This document shows, piece by piece, positions 51,863-61,745 of a DNA stretch of 64,000 nt. The notes under the pieces are model-generated. The model was given only the letters and a program-made list of their open reading frames with translations, was not told the origin of the DNA and did no database searches. The stretch's first letter is position 1. Each line of letters starts with the position of its first letter. Origin of the DNA: Bacteroidales bacterium (GTDB taxonomy: Bacteria > Bacteroidota > Bacteroidia > Bacteroidales > PUMT01); the NCBI GenBank assembly GCA_007132715.1, contig SLOE01000084.1, forward strand, positions 6,329-70,328. Direction: 5' to 3'. The position numbers and the translations under genes were made by a program.

Positions 51863-53392
51863 TCAGAACCTGAAATAGATAAATGGCTGCGTTTCGGCCG
51901 ACCGTACCTGGTATATTAGAAATACAATCAAAACGGCTGCCGCAATCTTGATAAGAAGATGTGACCTTATGAATGCGCCCCTGTAATACTCCTTCAGCCT
52001 TGCCGGAAGCCAGTGTATGATCATAGCAAGCGCCATAAGCAAAAAGACGTTTCTGTGAGCAATGGTCATTCCGGGAACCAGGTCGCCTCCGAAACTGCTG
52101 AGCATCTGCGAAACCATTGCATTCACCTCATACATGCCTTCAGCCCTGAAAAAGAGCCAGGCGAAAGAGACAAACTGGAATGTGATGAAAACCGAAAGGA
52201 ATTTCCTCAAACCCGGCATGCGCCTTCCTGTTCCGCTGCCGGGGAATATACCCTGCCACGCCTTATGAACGGCAAGTGCAACACCGTGAAGCCCGCCCCA
52301 CAGGATGAACCTCAGATCTGCGCCATGCCACAATCCGCCCAGCAGCATAGTCACTATCAGGTTGGCATACCTGCGTAGCAAGCCTTTCCGGCTTCCCCCG
52401 AGAGGGATATAGAGATAATCCCTCAACCATGTGGATAACGAAATGTGCCACCTTCTCCAGAAGTCTGTTATGTTAACTGCCTTGTAAGGTGAGTTGAAGT
52501 TAACCGGAAGCCTGAAGCCCAAAAGCAGCGCCACTCCTATCGCAATATCGGTATAGCCCGAAAAATCACAGTATATCTGCACCGAATACCCGTAAACAGC
52601 CATCATGTTCTCGAATCCCGAATATGCCAGCGGATTGTCAAACACCCTGTCAACATAATTCACCGAAATATAGTCGGATATCACCATCTTCTTTACCAGC
52701 CCGCTCAGCACCAGAAAAATTGCATGGCCCATCTCCTGCATTGTAAGTTTGAAGGAAGCATAAAGCTGGGGCATGAATTCAGCCGCGCGTACTATAGGAC
52801 CCGCCACAAGCTGGGGGAAGAATGAAACATAAAAACCGAAATCAATGATGTTACCCACCGGTCGGAGCTTGCCCCGGTACACATCGACAGTATAGCTGAT
52901 TGTCTGAAAGGTGAAGAAGGATATTCCCACTGGCAGCACAATTACCGAGACATCCATGCTCCCTCCGGCCAGACTGTTGTAAAGCAGCGATAAAAAATTG
53001 ACAACTTCGAGATCGGTTCCGGCAACCCTGTTGACCAGTCCGGTCAGAAAATAGGCGTACTTGAAATATGCCAGCAGCCCTAAATTCACTGTTACGCTTG
53101 CTGCCAGCCACAATCGTTTCCGAAACCTGCTGCCTCCATTGAAAATCAGATGCCCCAGGGCAAAATCTGCTATTGTTGAGAAGACCAGGAGCGAAAAGAA
53201 ATAGCCGCCCGACTTGTAATAGAAGAAGAGACTCATCGCAAAGAGCCAGGCATTGCGCAGGGTGTTCTTTTTGTATACCAGGCTGTAACCCACGAGCAGT
53301 ACCAGGAAGAAGCCCCAGAAATAGAGGCGTGTAAAAAGCATGGGTGTCTCTTCCGAATATTTTAAAATTCCAGGGAAAAGGTCCATCTGCAT
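51863..53392 (-). CDS. MBOAT family O-acyltransferase (AlgI/PatA-like)
   Basis: LPVGISFFTFQ, FFPQLVAGPI, YCDFSGYTD, NFNSPY, FWRRWHISLSTWLRDYLYIPLGG, GLWHGA. Confidence 0.94.
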   Translation of the reverse strand: MQMDLFPGILKYSEETPMLFTRLYFWGFFLVLLVGYSLVYKKNTLRNAWLFAMSLFFYYKSGGYFFSLLVFSTIADFALGHLIFNGGSRFRKRLWLAASVTVNLGLLAYFKYAYFLTGLVNRVAGTDLEVVNFLSLLYNSLAGGSMDVSVIVLPVGISFFTFQTISYTVDVYRGKLRPVGNIIDFGFYVSFFPQLVAGPIVRAAEFMPQLYASFKLTMQEMGHAIFLVLSGLVKKMVISDYISVNYVDRVFDNPLAYSGFENMMAVYGYSVQIYCDFSGYTDIAIGVALLLGFRLPVNFNSPYKAVNITDFWRRWHISLSTWLRDYLYIPLGGSRKGLLRRYANLIVTMLLGGLWHGADLRFILWGGLHGVALAVHKAWQGIFPGSGTGRRMPGLRKFLSVFITFQFVSFAWLFFRAEGMYEVNAMVSQMLSSFGGDLVPGMTIAHRNVFLLMALAMIIHWLPARLKEYYRGAFIRSHLLIKIAAAVLIVFLIYQVRSAETQPFIYFRF

Positions 53393-53409
53393 AAAGGTTA
53401 TGTCCTAAA

Positions 53410-55059
53410 TTAGTTACTCTCCAGCCACCTTTCGTACCCCTGCATTATGGCATCATAAAGCAGATCACCTATAAGTGCCGAACCACGGAAGGTAAAATGA
53501 ACATGGTCGGCCTGTCCGAGCGGCGGATCGGCATTCACCCACGATGGCATGGAATTCCTTCCCCCCATTGCCCCGTATAGATCCCAGAAAGCCGCGCCTG
53601 AACGGAAGGCGGCACGCCTCTGGGCATCCCTGATAAGACCTATGTTGGGAAAAGATTCATAATATCCTCCGGGTCTTGTCAACGACATGTCCGATACTCC
53701 GATTACAATTATTGAAATGTCATGTGAAAGTGACTTCAGGTAATTCAACTGCCTGACCAGTGAGTTCTCGTACCATGTATAGTCATCGGCAATATCCGGA
53801 ACAACATTTACACCAAACTGCAATATAAGTAGCCGGACGTTCAGCAACTCCATCATTTTTGCCATGGGTTCCCGGCTGCTCCTGGAAAATTCGAGTCCGC
53901 TGCTTCCCCTCATCGGCACATTGTCAATACCGACTCCCAGGTAATTGTCAACCGACACCGAAAAAACAGGGAGACTGCCCCGGCCGGCAAACCGGACAGT
54001 ATACTCTGCACTTCCGTTCGGAAGCAACCACCTTGCAAACACAAGTGAATCGGACGGGAAGATCAGGTCTGCATCAATTCTCTGCTCCCCCGACAGCAAC
54101 TCGACAGTAAACGGGCTGCTGTTAAATCCTGTGAAAACTGTCAGCATCTCCATCTCACGTGAGCGGGCCGGGCCCAGTCCCGTTGGCCTGAGCGTAAAAG
54201 CCCCTTCAGTGTTGCCGCCGGTTACAGGCTCAAGCGAGCAGAACGACATCAGCAAACCGTACCGGAAGTCCTCCCTGCTCTCCCTGGCTCGCTCAAGCGG
54301 TGTGTACCTCACCCAGTTCCCGCCGGTCATTACCCTGACAGATGCATTGTGCGGTGCAGGTGAAATAACCGGGAACATACCGGTACCACCTCCTCCAAAC
54401 CTGGCCTGCATCCTGTTTCTCAATGCGGAGGTGATCCTGTTGTTCTCAATCTGCGAATCGCCATAATGAATTATCCTCATAGCACCCCCTCCTTCACCGG
54501 CATTATGGAGGTGGCTGAAAAAGGGATCAAGCACTTTGATCTCACCATCCGGCAACTCCAGCGGGAATATGACCTCCCTTAGCCTGCCTTCATCAGCCGG
54601 GACAGGTTCTTCACCAGGAGGAGCAGGTTCTGTGTCAGTCATGGCATGTTCACCGTTAGCCGAAGCAGGTCTGCCGTCACCTGTCACATCATTAACTTCC
54701 GCCTTCTTTTCTGCTTCTGAAGCCGGCTGCAGTAATCCCTCATCCATTTCAGGTCCTGCATCAGGTCCGGCTGTATCCCTGACCGTGTCGACAACAGTAT
54801 CCCTGCCCGTCCACTCCCCGCCTGCAAACTCTTCATCCGGCCGGTATCGTTCCGTTAAATGGGATATATCTGCATACTCAGGTATATCAGTTTGCAGTAC
54901 CGATTCCAGGTTGGGAAACCTGAACCGGAAATCATCGCTGATCTTTATGCCTTCCGGCGGAAAAAACAGCGATACAGCCGCAAGAACAATGAATACGGCA
55001 GAGATGAAAAGCAAGACGGTAAGTGGATTAACCTGGTTTTTCATACGACTGTTTGACAT
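53410..55059 (-). CDS. Membrane-anchored SGNH/GDSL-family protein (PatB/AlgJ-like O-acetyltransferase partner)
   Basis: N-terminal TM, acidic linker, IIHYGDSQ, RGSSG, QFGVN, DHVH. Confidence 0.78.
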   Translation of the reverse strand: MSNSRMKNQVNPLTVLLFISAVFIVLAAVSLFFPPEGIKISDDFRFRFPNLESVLQTDIPEYADISHLTERYRPDEEFAGGEWTGRDTVVDTVRDTAGPDAGPEMDEGLLQPASEAEKKAEVNDVTGDGRPASANGEHAMTDTEPAPPGEEPVPADEGRLREVIFPLELPDGEIKVLDPFFSHLHNAGEGGGAMRIIHYGDSQIENNRITSALRNRMQARFGGGGTGMFPVISPAPHNASVRVMTGGNWVRYTPLERARESREDFRYGLLMSFCSLEPVTGGNTEGAFTLRPTGLGPARSREMEMLTVFTGFNSSPFTVELLSGEQRIDADLIFPSDSLVFARWLLPNGSAEYTVRFAGRGSLPVFSVSVDNYLGVGIDNVPMRGSSGLEFSRSSREPMAKMMELLNVRLLILQFGVNVVPDIADDYTWYENSLVRQLNYLKSLSHDISIIVIGVSDMSLTRPGGYYESFPNIGLIRDAQRRAAFRSGAAFWDLYGAMGGRNSMPSWVNADPPLGQADHVHFTFRGSALIGDLLYDAIMQGYERWLESN

Positions 55060-55116
55060 AACCGCCCGTCATTGCCGGCAAAGATGCGAGGAACCAGGTA
55101 TCTGCAGTATACGCTC

Positions 55117-56748
55117 CTATCCTGCCGGTTTGATCCTGAGCTGCTGGCCCGGGTAGATCCGGTTGGCGTTACTCAGACTGTTAAGCCTCAGTATGTCACG
55201 CTCACTAACTCCCGGGAACTGCCTCGCTATACCCCAAAGGGTATCTCCACGGCGAACCGTATAATAGAGAAACTCTCCCGATTCGTCACTAACGACAGTA
55301 ACATCAGCCCGGTTAGCTGATGGTGTCCTGCCGACACGTGCCTGTTTTGCTGCAAAGCTCAGATTGTTGACCTCATTATAATAATTGGTCTGATCTGAAG
55401 GCACGTATATTACAAGCCTCTGTCCTGTCCGTATAAGGTTGCCGCTTATACCGTTCCAGTGCCTCAGGTCGGATACCCTGACATTGAACCATTGTGAAAT
55501 AAATCCGAGATTATCGCCGCTTTTGACCGTATAATTCAACTGTGAGCGGCCTGCCGGCGGATCAGGCATCACTCCGGGACGACCGGGTGCAACAACAAGG
55601 TTCTCCCGTCTCAGGTAATGATCTGCCCGGTACGCATAAACACTGTCGGCCAGGCCAACAAACCTGGTTGTCTCCCCTGCCGGCAGCCTTAAAGTAAAAG
55701 GTCTTTCATCTGCAGGGATCACATCGCGCCGGTACTGCGGGTTCATGTCCCTTATCATACTGACCGGAATATCCAGTACCTCTGCAACCTGCATGAGATG
55801 AAGGTTCCTGTTAATAATCACAGTATCGGTAAAGAGGGGCAGTTCCAGGTCTGCCGGCCTCAGGGCATGCTCCGTGTAATAGTTCATTGCATATGTTGCA
55901 GCAATAAATGCAGGCACATAACCCCTTGTTTCCCTTGGCAGGAAATAGTAAATGCTCCAGTAATCCCTTGAGCCCCCTGCCCTTCTTATGGCCCTGTTAA
56001 CATTACCCGGACCGCAGTTATAGGCGGCAAGGGCAAGTGTCCAGTCATTGTATATCTCAAACAGGTGTTTCAGGTACTTTGCGGCTGCATGTGTCGAAGC
56101 ATACGGATCACGCCGCTCATCCACAAGTGAGTTCATTGTCAGGTTATACATCCTTGCCGTGCCGAACATAAACTGCCAGATCCCCGTGGCACCGGCCCTT
56201 GATACAGCACGCGGATTGAGCGCAGATTCAACGACAGGCAGATACCTCAGTTCAAGCGGGATATCATAATAGTCCAGTATCTGCTCAAAGAGCGGAAAAT
56301 AATACTCGGTCAGGGCAAGCATCACTTCCATCTGCTCCCTGCGGTTCACAGTATAGACATTGATATAGTTCCTTACAACATTGTTGAAGGAGAGATCAAT
56401 TACAGACGGTAACCTTGCCAGCCTTTCTATATAAACCGAATCCGGGAAAGAGGGAATGACAAAATCAGAGCTGTCGCCAAGTGGCTCGGTCCTGATCCGG
56501 CGGGGAGCATTCCTGACGTACCAGAGGTTGAGCAGGCTGTCAAGATTGCTTTCAAAATCCAGTTCAACAGGATCGGATATTTCAGGCATGGTCTCCTCTG
56601 CAGTGGCAATAATGCCTTCCGGCAGAGTGTCGTTTTCATGCACAGCGGTTCGACCAGGGAGAGTATCGGTTTCATCTCCCCGGGCAGTAAATGATATCAG
56701 AGAGAGAAATGCCAGGGTCGAACACAGGATGTATACAGGTCTTTTCAT
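55117..56748 (-). CDS. mltD: Lytic murein transglycosylase D-like with LysM domains
   Basis: VESALNP.AVS.AGATGIWQFM, DERRDP, ALAAYNCG, ETRGYVP; two C-terminal LysM (YTVKSGD, YTVRRGD). Confidence 0.92.
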   Translation of the reverse strand: MKRPVYILCSTLAFLSLISFTARGDETDTLPGRTAVHENDTLPEGIIATAEETMPEISDPVELDFESNLDSLLNLWYVRNAPRRIRTEPLGDSSDFVIPSFPDSVYIERLARLPSVIDLSFNNVVRNYINVYTVNRREQMEVMLALTEYYFPLFEQILDYYDIPLELRYLPVVESALNPRAVSRAGATGIWQFMFGTARMYNLTMNSLVDERRDPYASTHAAAKYLKHLFEIYNDWTLALAAYNCGPGNVNRAIRRAGGSRDYWSIYYFLPRETRGYVPAFIAATYAMNYYTEHALRPADLELPLFTDTVIINRNLHLMQVAEVLDIPVSMIRDMNPQYRRDVIPADERPFTLRLPAGETTRFVGLADSVYAYRADHYLRRENLVVAPGRPGVMPDPPAGRSQLNYTVKSGDNLGFISQWFNVRVSDLRHWNGISGNLIRTGQRLVIYVPSDQTNYYNEVNNLSFAAKQARVGRTPSANRADVTVVSDESGEFLYYTVRRGDTLWGIARQFPGVSERDILRLNSLSNANRIYPGQQLRIKPAG

Positions 56749-56771
56749 ATCAGGCTCACAATTATCTGCTG

Positions 56772-56779
56772 CAAATATA
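56772..56779 (-). promoter_or_regulatory. Internal -7 promoter element upstream of mltD
   Basis: TATATTTG 24 nt upstream of the ATG. Confidence 0.5.
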
Positions 56780-57457
56780 TTAAAATTTCACACTGAACCT
56801 GACACCCATTCCGGGACTGAATCCCGGTTTTCCGGCAACCGGCTGACCGGGAAATGTCATAACGGGGCTGACCTTCATCCCAAGATCCTCGCTCACATCG
56901 AACTCAAAAAAATGAGCATCTACGGTGGCCTCAATAATGTTGAGGGCGTAAAAGGCCGCGATCCAGATATAGGAGCGGTCACGCTGCCTGCGGTAGTAAT
57001 CCCTGAACCTCTTCAGCACATCTTCGGTATACCTGAAATCACCTGCAAACTCATCTATTGTCTCCGGATTGCCGTCAATACGGAAACTATGCGCATTCCT
57101 GTATCTGGCATACTCATCATGGGTGAACATCGCATACCATGAGAGGGCGGCAAAACCGCCATATACAATAGGCACTTTCCAGTACCGGCGGTTATAAACC
57201 TGTCCAAGTCCGGGAAGAACCGCCGAATAGATAGCCGCTTTTCGCGGATCGGGAATAAACCGGTCATCACCTTCAAAAACGGTGACACCTGTATAAAGGG
57301 TGTCTTCCGGTGTCAGTGCTGCAGTTTGGGATCCGGGATCCGATCCTGCCACAAAGCCATCCTGTCCGGTTTGGCCGGCATAACCCTGATAGCCGGCCAC
57401 AGTTGCAAGCAACAGTACCAGCTTGAAGATATATGAGTTTAGGGATCTTGTTATCAA
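56780..57457 (-). CDS. DUF5683 family protein
   Basis: PRKAAIYSAVLPGLGQVYNRRYWKVPIVYGG, NIIEA.VDAH...FDVSEDL; usual position after parB. Confidence 0.78.
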   Translation of the reverse strand: MITRSLNSYIFKLVLLLATVAGYQGYAGQTGQDGFVAGSDPGSQTAALTPEDTLYTGVTVFEGDDRFIPDPRKAAIYSAVLPGLGQVYNRRYWKVPIVYGGFAALSWYAMFTHDEYARYRNAHSFRIDGNPETIDEFAGDFRYTEDVLKRFRDYYRRQRDRSYIWIAAFYALNIIEATVDAHFFEFDVSEDLGMKVSPVMTFPGQPVAGKPGFSPGMGVRFSVKF

Positions 57458-57503
57458 AACGGTAAAAATTCAGGTACCTCTCAATAACGAACTGCGGGAG
57501 GAT

Positions 57504-58388
57504 TTAAGTATTGAGCTTGTCAAGCAATCCCACGATCCGTTCCAGTTCATCATTTGAGCCGAAAGGAATGACTATCTTACCCTTGCCCTTTTCATTTCTC
57601 CTGAACTGAACATCGGTACCGAAATATCCTGCAAGGTGGTCACGTAGCGTTTCGTAGCCGTCAAGCTCACTCTTTGACTGCTTTTCATCTGTAGTATCCA
57701 CAGGTTCAGCGGACTCCATTTTCCTGACCATCTCTTCAACTTTCCTGACCGACAGGTCGTTGGAGATTATCCTATTGTAAATCTCAAGCTGTGCATCAGG
57801 ATTGTCAATACTGATAAGGCATCTTGCATGACCCATAGTTATCTGCCGGTGTTTTATGCCAAGCTGTATCTCAGCCGGCAGCTTCAGCAGTCTGATATAG
57901 TTTGATATTGTCGACCTCTTTTTACCTACCCTTTGACTAAGGTTTTCCTGGGTGAGGCTGCACTCTTCCATCAGCCGCTGATAACTTATTGCTATTTCAA
58001 TGGCATCAAGGTCTTCCCTCTGAATATTCTCAACAAGGGCCATCTCCAGCAATGCCTGGTCATCAGCCGTCCTTATCCAGGCAGGTATCGTGTCAAGGCC
58101 TGCAATTCCGGCAGCTCTCATACGTCTCTCCCCTGCAATGAGCTGGTATCTTCCGTCATCTTTCTGCCGGACAATAATGGGCTGGATAACACCAAGCTCC
58201 CTTATCGAAGAGGCAAGCTCCTGGATGGGTTCATCCTCAAACCTGGTCCTTGGCTGAAACGGGTTTGCTTCGATCATGCTGAGGCTTATCTCATCATACC
58301 AGGGCAGGCCTTCCCGCCTGCGTGAGGGCTCTTCCTCGGTAATCAGTGCGCTGAGGCCCCGTCCCAATGCATTTTTCTTTGCAGCCAT
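57504..58388 (-). CDS. parB: Chromosome partitioning protein ParB/Spo0J
   Basis: ALGRGL, NPFQPR, LIAGERR.RA, ENIQREDL, HTH. Confidence 0.97.
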   Translation of the reverse strand: MAAKKNALGRGLSALITEEEPSRRREGLPWYDEISLSMIEANPFQPRTRFEDEPIQELASSIRELGVIQPIIVRQKDDGRYQLIAGERRMRAAGIAGLDTIPAWIRTADDQALLEMALVENIQREDLDAIEIAISYQRLMEECSLTQENLSQRVGKKRSTISNYIRLLKLPAEIQLGIKHRQITMGHARCLISIDNPDAQLEIYNRIISNDLSVRKVEEMVRKMESAEPVDTTDEKQSKSELDGYETLRDHLAGYFGTDVQFRRNEKGKGKIVIPFGSNDELERIVGLLDKLNT

Positions 58389-58420
58389 TATCCTGATTTT
58401 CTTGTTTTATTGAAACAGTG

Positions 58421-59221
58421 CTACTCTATAATTTTCTCGGCATCACTCATTTTTGTCTTGTCATTATTCTGCAGAAGCTCCCTGGCAAGATTGAGATAGT
58501 TTACGGCACCTGTTGAATTTACATCATAAAGCAGCACAGGTTTGCCGAAACTGGGAGCCTCGCTGAGTTTTATATTCCTCTGTACAATCGTTTCAAATAC
58601 CATCTGCTGGAAATGTTTCCTGACCTCCTCCACCACCTGGTTTGACAGCCTCAGCCTTGAATCATACATCGTAAGCAGGAACCCTTCGATTTCAAGCGAC
58701 GTATTGAGCCTGCTTTGCACTATCTTGATGGTGTTAAGCAGCTTACCAAGGCCCTCCAGTGCAAAATATTCGCACTGAACCGGGATCAGTACAGAATCTG
58801 AAGCTGTAAGTGCGTTCAGTGTAATGAGCCCGAGTGACGGAGAGCAGTCCACCAGAATAAAATCATACCTGTCCTCTATCCTGGATATGACAGACTTCAG
58901 GATCTGCTCCCTTGCCGGCATATTTGTCATCTCTATCTCTGCACCTACAAGGTCAATATGGGAAGGTATAATGTCAAGCCTTTCTACCTCTGTGTTAATG
59001 ATAATGCTGTTTGGATCAACATCATCGATAAGGCATTCATAAATACTTGTTTTAATTGTACGGATATCGAATCCCATACCTGATGTTGCATTTGCCTGCG
59101 GATCAGCATCTATGAGCAGCACCCTGCTCTCAAGCACCGCGAGGCTTGCTGAAAGATTTATTGCTGTAGTTGTTTTACCAACTCCCCCCTTCTGATTTGC
59201 TACTGCAATTATTTTGGCCAT
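58421..59221 (-). CDS. parA: Chromosome partitioning ATPase ParA/Soj
   Basis: NQKGGVGKTTT, DADPQAN, DCSPSLG, PVQCEYFALEG, LSEAPSFG. Confidence 0.97.
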   Translation of the reverse strand: MAKIIAVANQKGGVGKTTTAINLSASLAVLESRVLLIDADPQANATSGMGFDIRTIKTSIYECLIDDVDPNSIIINTEVERLDIIPSHIDLVGAEIEMTNMPAREQILKSVISRIEDRYDFILVDCSPSLGLITLNALTASDSVLIPVQCEYFALEGLGKLLNTIKIVQSRLNTSLEIEGFLLTMYDSRLRLSNQVVEEVRKHFQQMVFETIVQRNIKLSEAPSFGKPVLLYDVNSTGAVNYLNLARELLQNNDKTKMSDAEKIIE

Positions 59222-59277
59222 CTAAATTGTAGTTTAAAAAACAGGACAATGATAGTTAAAAAAAATCTCAGAAAGTC

Positions 59278-59285
59278 CAAAATTA
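59278..59285 (-). promoter_or_regulatory. -7 promoter element of parAB
   Basis: TAATTTTG 57 nt upstream of parA. Confidence 0.5.
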
Positions 59286-59326
59286 CAACTTAAATAGGAG
59301 AACTGATAAGGTTAGCCAAACCCTAG

Positions 59327-59443
59327 TTTTTAACAATGAAACCGGGCTTTTCAACAGTTTATCAACATCTGGTTTGGAAATAACTCATTAGCAACATCCT
59401 GTCATCTCAGGGTGTTGAATGACATCGTTGTTTTTGTTTATAA
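59327..59443. promoter_or_regulatory. Cluster of six DnaA-box-like 9-mers
   Basis: TTTTTAACA, TTTTCAACA, TTATCAACA, TTAGCAACA (+); CATTCAACA, TTATAAACA (-). Confidence 0.5.
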
Positions 59444-59496
59444 ATATGAGTCCCTGCAATTATGGCTGCTGCCGTCAGACGGAAAACAACACGGTG

Positions 59497-59528
59497 TTTG
59501 TGTAATAAATAAAAAAAGTATAGGTTTG
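59497..59528 (+). promoter_or_regulatory. Primary-sigma promoter of the lipid kinase gene
   Basis: TTTG(59497-59500)-N20-TAGGTTTG(59521-59528), full consensus. Confidence 0.7.
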
Positions 59529-59577
59529 AAGCCTTAAATAAGATGAGAATCAGCACAGCTCCCTGTTAATTAAAAAT

Positions 59578-60522
59578 ATGACATCAGAATTTGAGAACAC
59601 CTGGCTGGTAATAGTGAACCCGAATGCAGGCAGACGAAGAGGTAAAAAGGACTGGGGAAAGATATCATCGTTGCTGGATCAGGCCGGGTTGACCTATAAA
59701 GCGGTATTCACATTATCGCCGAGGCATGCTATTGAAATTGCCGTCTCACATATAGAAGAGGGTTTTAAAAAAATAATCGTAGTAGGCGGTGACGGGACCA
59801 TGAACGAGGTTGTCAACGGGATCTTCATGCAAAAAAGATATCCTACACCGGAAATATCCCTGGGCATGATTACCGTGGGAACAGGCAATGACTGGGGAAG
59901 AATGTTCGGCATTCCCCGGGACTATGAACAGGCGATCTCAACAATAAAAATGAACAACGGGTTCATCCAGGATGCAGGTGTAGTAAAGTATTACAGCGGC
60001 AGTAACGAATACAGGAGATATTTCGTTAATATTGCCGGCATAGGATTTGATGCACTTGTCGTAAGCAAGACCAATAAGCTCAAGGAAGCCGGTAAAGGAG
60101 GTTCATGGGCATACCTCAAAAGTATATTGACCAGCCTGCTGAAATACCGTCACACCCAAACGACCATAAAAATAGATTCGACCGAGATCAGAAACAATAT
60201 TTTCAATATCAGCATCGGCATATGCAAATACAATGGCGGAGGCATGATGGCCCTTCCCGATGCAGTTCCTGATGACGGACTTTTTGACATCACGGTCATA
60301 AACAAGATCAAAAAACACGATGTTATTCTCAACATTAAAAGACTGTATAACGGGACAATCAACAAGCACCCAATGGTTGAGACTTACAGGGGCAAATCAA
60401 TTTACATAGACAGCAAGCCTTTAATACACCTTGAGACTGATGGCGAATCACTGGGCCACAGTCCGTTCACCTTTAATATAATACCAGGAAGCATTAAAGT
60501 CCTTATAGGAAGGTCCGCCTGA
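59578..60522 (+). CDS. Diacylglycerol kinase family lipid kinase (YegS/DgkB-like)
   Basis: VNPNAG, GGDGTMNEVVNG, GTGNDW, NIAGIGFDA, PDDGLFD, ETDGE. Confidence 0.92.
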   Translation: MTSEFENTWLVIVNPNAGRRRGKKDWGKISSLLDQAGLTYKAVFTLSPRHAIEIAVSHIEEGFKKIIVVGGDGTMNEVVNGIFMQKRYPTPEISLGMITVGTGNDWGRMFGIPRDYEQAISTIKMNNGFIQDAGVVKYYSGSNEYRRYFVNIAGIGFDALVVSKTNKLKEAGKGGSWAYLKSILTSLLKYRHTQTTIKIDSTEIRNNIFNISIGICKYNGGGMMALPDAVPDDGLFDITVINKIKKHDVILNIKRLYNGTINKHPMVETYRGKSIYIDSKPLIHLETDGESLGHSPFTFNIIPGSIKVLIGRSA

Positions 60523-60567
60523 ATAACAATGCCCGGCTACCGGCCCTGATATCCATTTCTTTTTCAC

Positions 60568-61731
60568 CTACATCCTGGTCAGCTCAATTTCAAAAAGCCT
60601 CGGCCAGTTCTTGCCTGTTACAAAAAGCCGGTCATTTTCACTGTCCCACGCAACTCCGTTGAGGACGTCGAGGTTGGGATGATGATATCTCCTGTCAAGC
60701 AATCCTGTAAGATCAATCACACCGGTAACCCTGCCTGAGGTCGCCTCTATCATAACTATTTCATCGGTAGCGAACACATTCGCATAGATGATCCCGTCGA
60801 TATACTGCAGTTCATTCAGCCCGTCAACCCTGCCGTTATTGTCATACACCTCTATGCGGCCGGTTTCGGAGAAGTATTGCGGATCAAGGATGTAGATATA
60901 ATGTGACCCGTCACTCTTGAGGAGGTTGATGCCGTCATTGGTAAGGCCCCAGCCCTCAGTTTCATAGTGAACCCTGTTCAGCAGCCTGAAAGATTCCAGA
61001 TCGTAAATGAACCCTACGCGTGACTGCCATGTGAGCTGGTAAAGCTTACCGTTTAACACGGTAAGTCCCTCTCCGAACAATTGCCTGTCAAGGTTCAGGC
61101 TTCTCAGCACTTCTCCGGTTTCAAGCCTGACCTTTCTGAGTGTTGACCTTCCGTACTGGCCGGTAGATTCATACAGGTATCCTTCATGGTAAACCAGTCC
61201 CTGTGTAAAAGCCCTTATGTCATGCTGGTAACTGTTCACAATCCTGTATGTGTAGCGAACCGGCGATATGTCAGAATAGAGCACCACCCTTAACTGCAAA
61301 TTCTCCCTGCTGCCGTCTTCATAGACCACTGAAATCCTGATACGCCTTGTTCCTGTCGGCCAGTCACCCGAATCCCATGTTATGGTACCCGAAATGTTCC
61401 CTTCAAATTCAGTATCCCTGCCATCAACAACCATTGTCACCTCAGCTATACCCACGGGATCATCATCAAATTCGACATCAATAGCAATATCGTCACCAAT
61501 TATAAAAGCGTGCCCGTCATTGGGACTGGCAATTCGTCCCCTTGCCGGCACAGGAGTGGCAGTGACCTCTTCCTCAACCCTTGTCTCCCGTGCTCCGTTA
61601 CCGGCGGCGGGTTGTTCGGAGCATCCTGTGTGCAGGACAGGATTAGCAGCCAGAAGTAAAGCTGCTGTGGCAGAAAGAGCCGAAGCCCTTACTTTTATAA
61701 AGGTGCTAAGTTCAAAAATGGTATGCATCAT
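60568..61731 (-). CDS. Glutaminyl-peptide cyclotransferase (plant/bacterial beta-propeller type), probable lipoprotein with N-terminal Ig-like domain
   Basis: AFTQGL, LYESTGQYG.S, FGEGL, QLTW, EGWGLT, SDGS, LNELQY, VLNGVA, VTGKNWP; possible lipobox HTGC; start uncertain. Confidence 0.9.
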   Translation of the reverse strand: MMHTIFELSTFIKVRASALSATAALLLAANPVLHTGCSEQPAAGNGARETRVEEEVTATPVPARGRIASPNDGHAFIIGDDIAIDVEFDDDPVGIAEVTMVVDGRDTEFEGNISGTITWDSGDWPTGTRRIRISVVYEDGSRENLQLRVVLYSDISPVRYTYRIVNSYQHDIRAFTQGLVYHEGYLYESTGQYGRSTLRKVRLETGEVLRSLNLDRQLFGEGLTVLNGKLYQLTWQSRVGFIYDLESFRLLNRVHYETEGWGLTNDGINLLKSDGSHYIYILDPQYFSETGRIEVYDNNGRVDGLNELQYIDGIIYANVFATDEIVMIEATSGRVTGVIDLTGLLDRRYHHPNLDVLNGVAWDSENDRLFVTGKNWPRLFEIELTRM

Positions 61732-61745
61732 ATTTTTTAAAGATT

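Noticed and set aside
57504-59577. parS site near parAB
   Set aside because: No TGTTTCACGTGAAACA-like palindrome found by eye; a degenerate site could have been missed.
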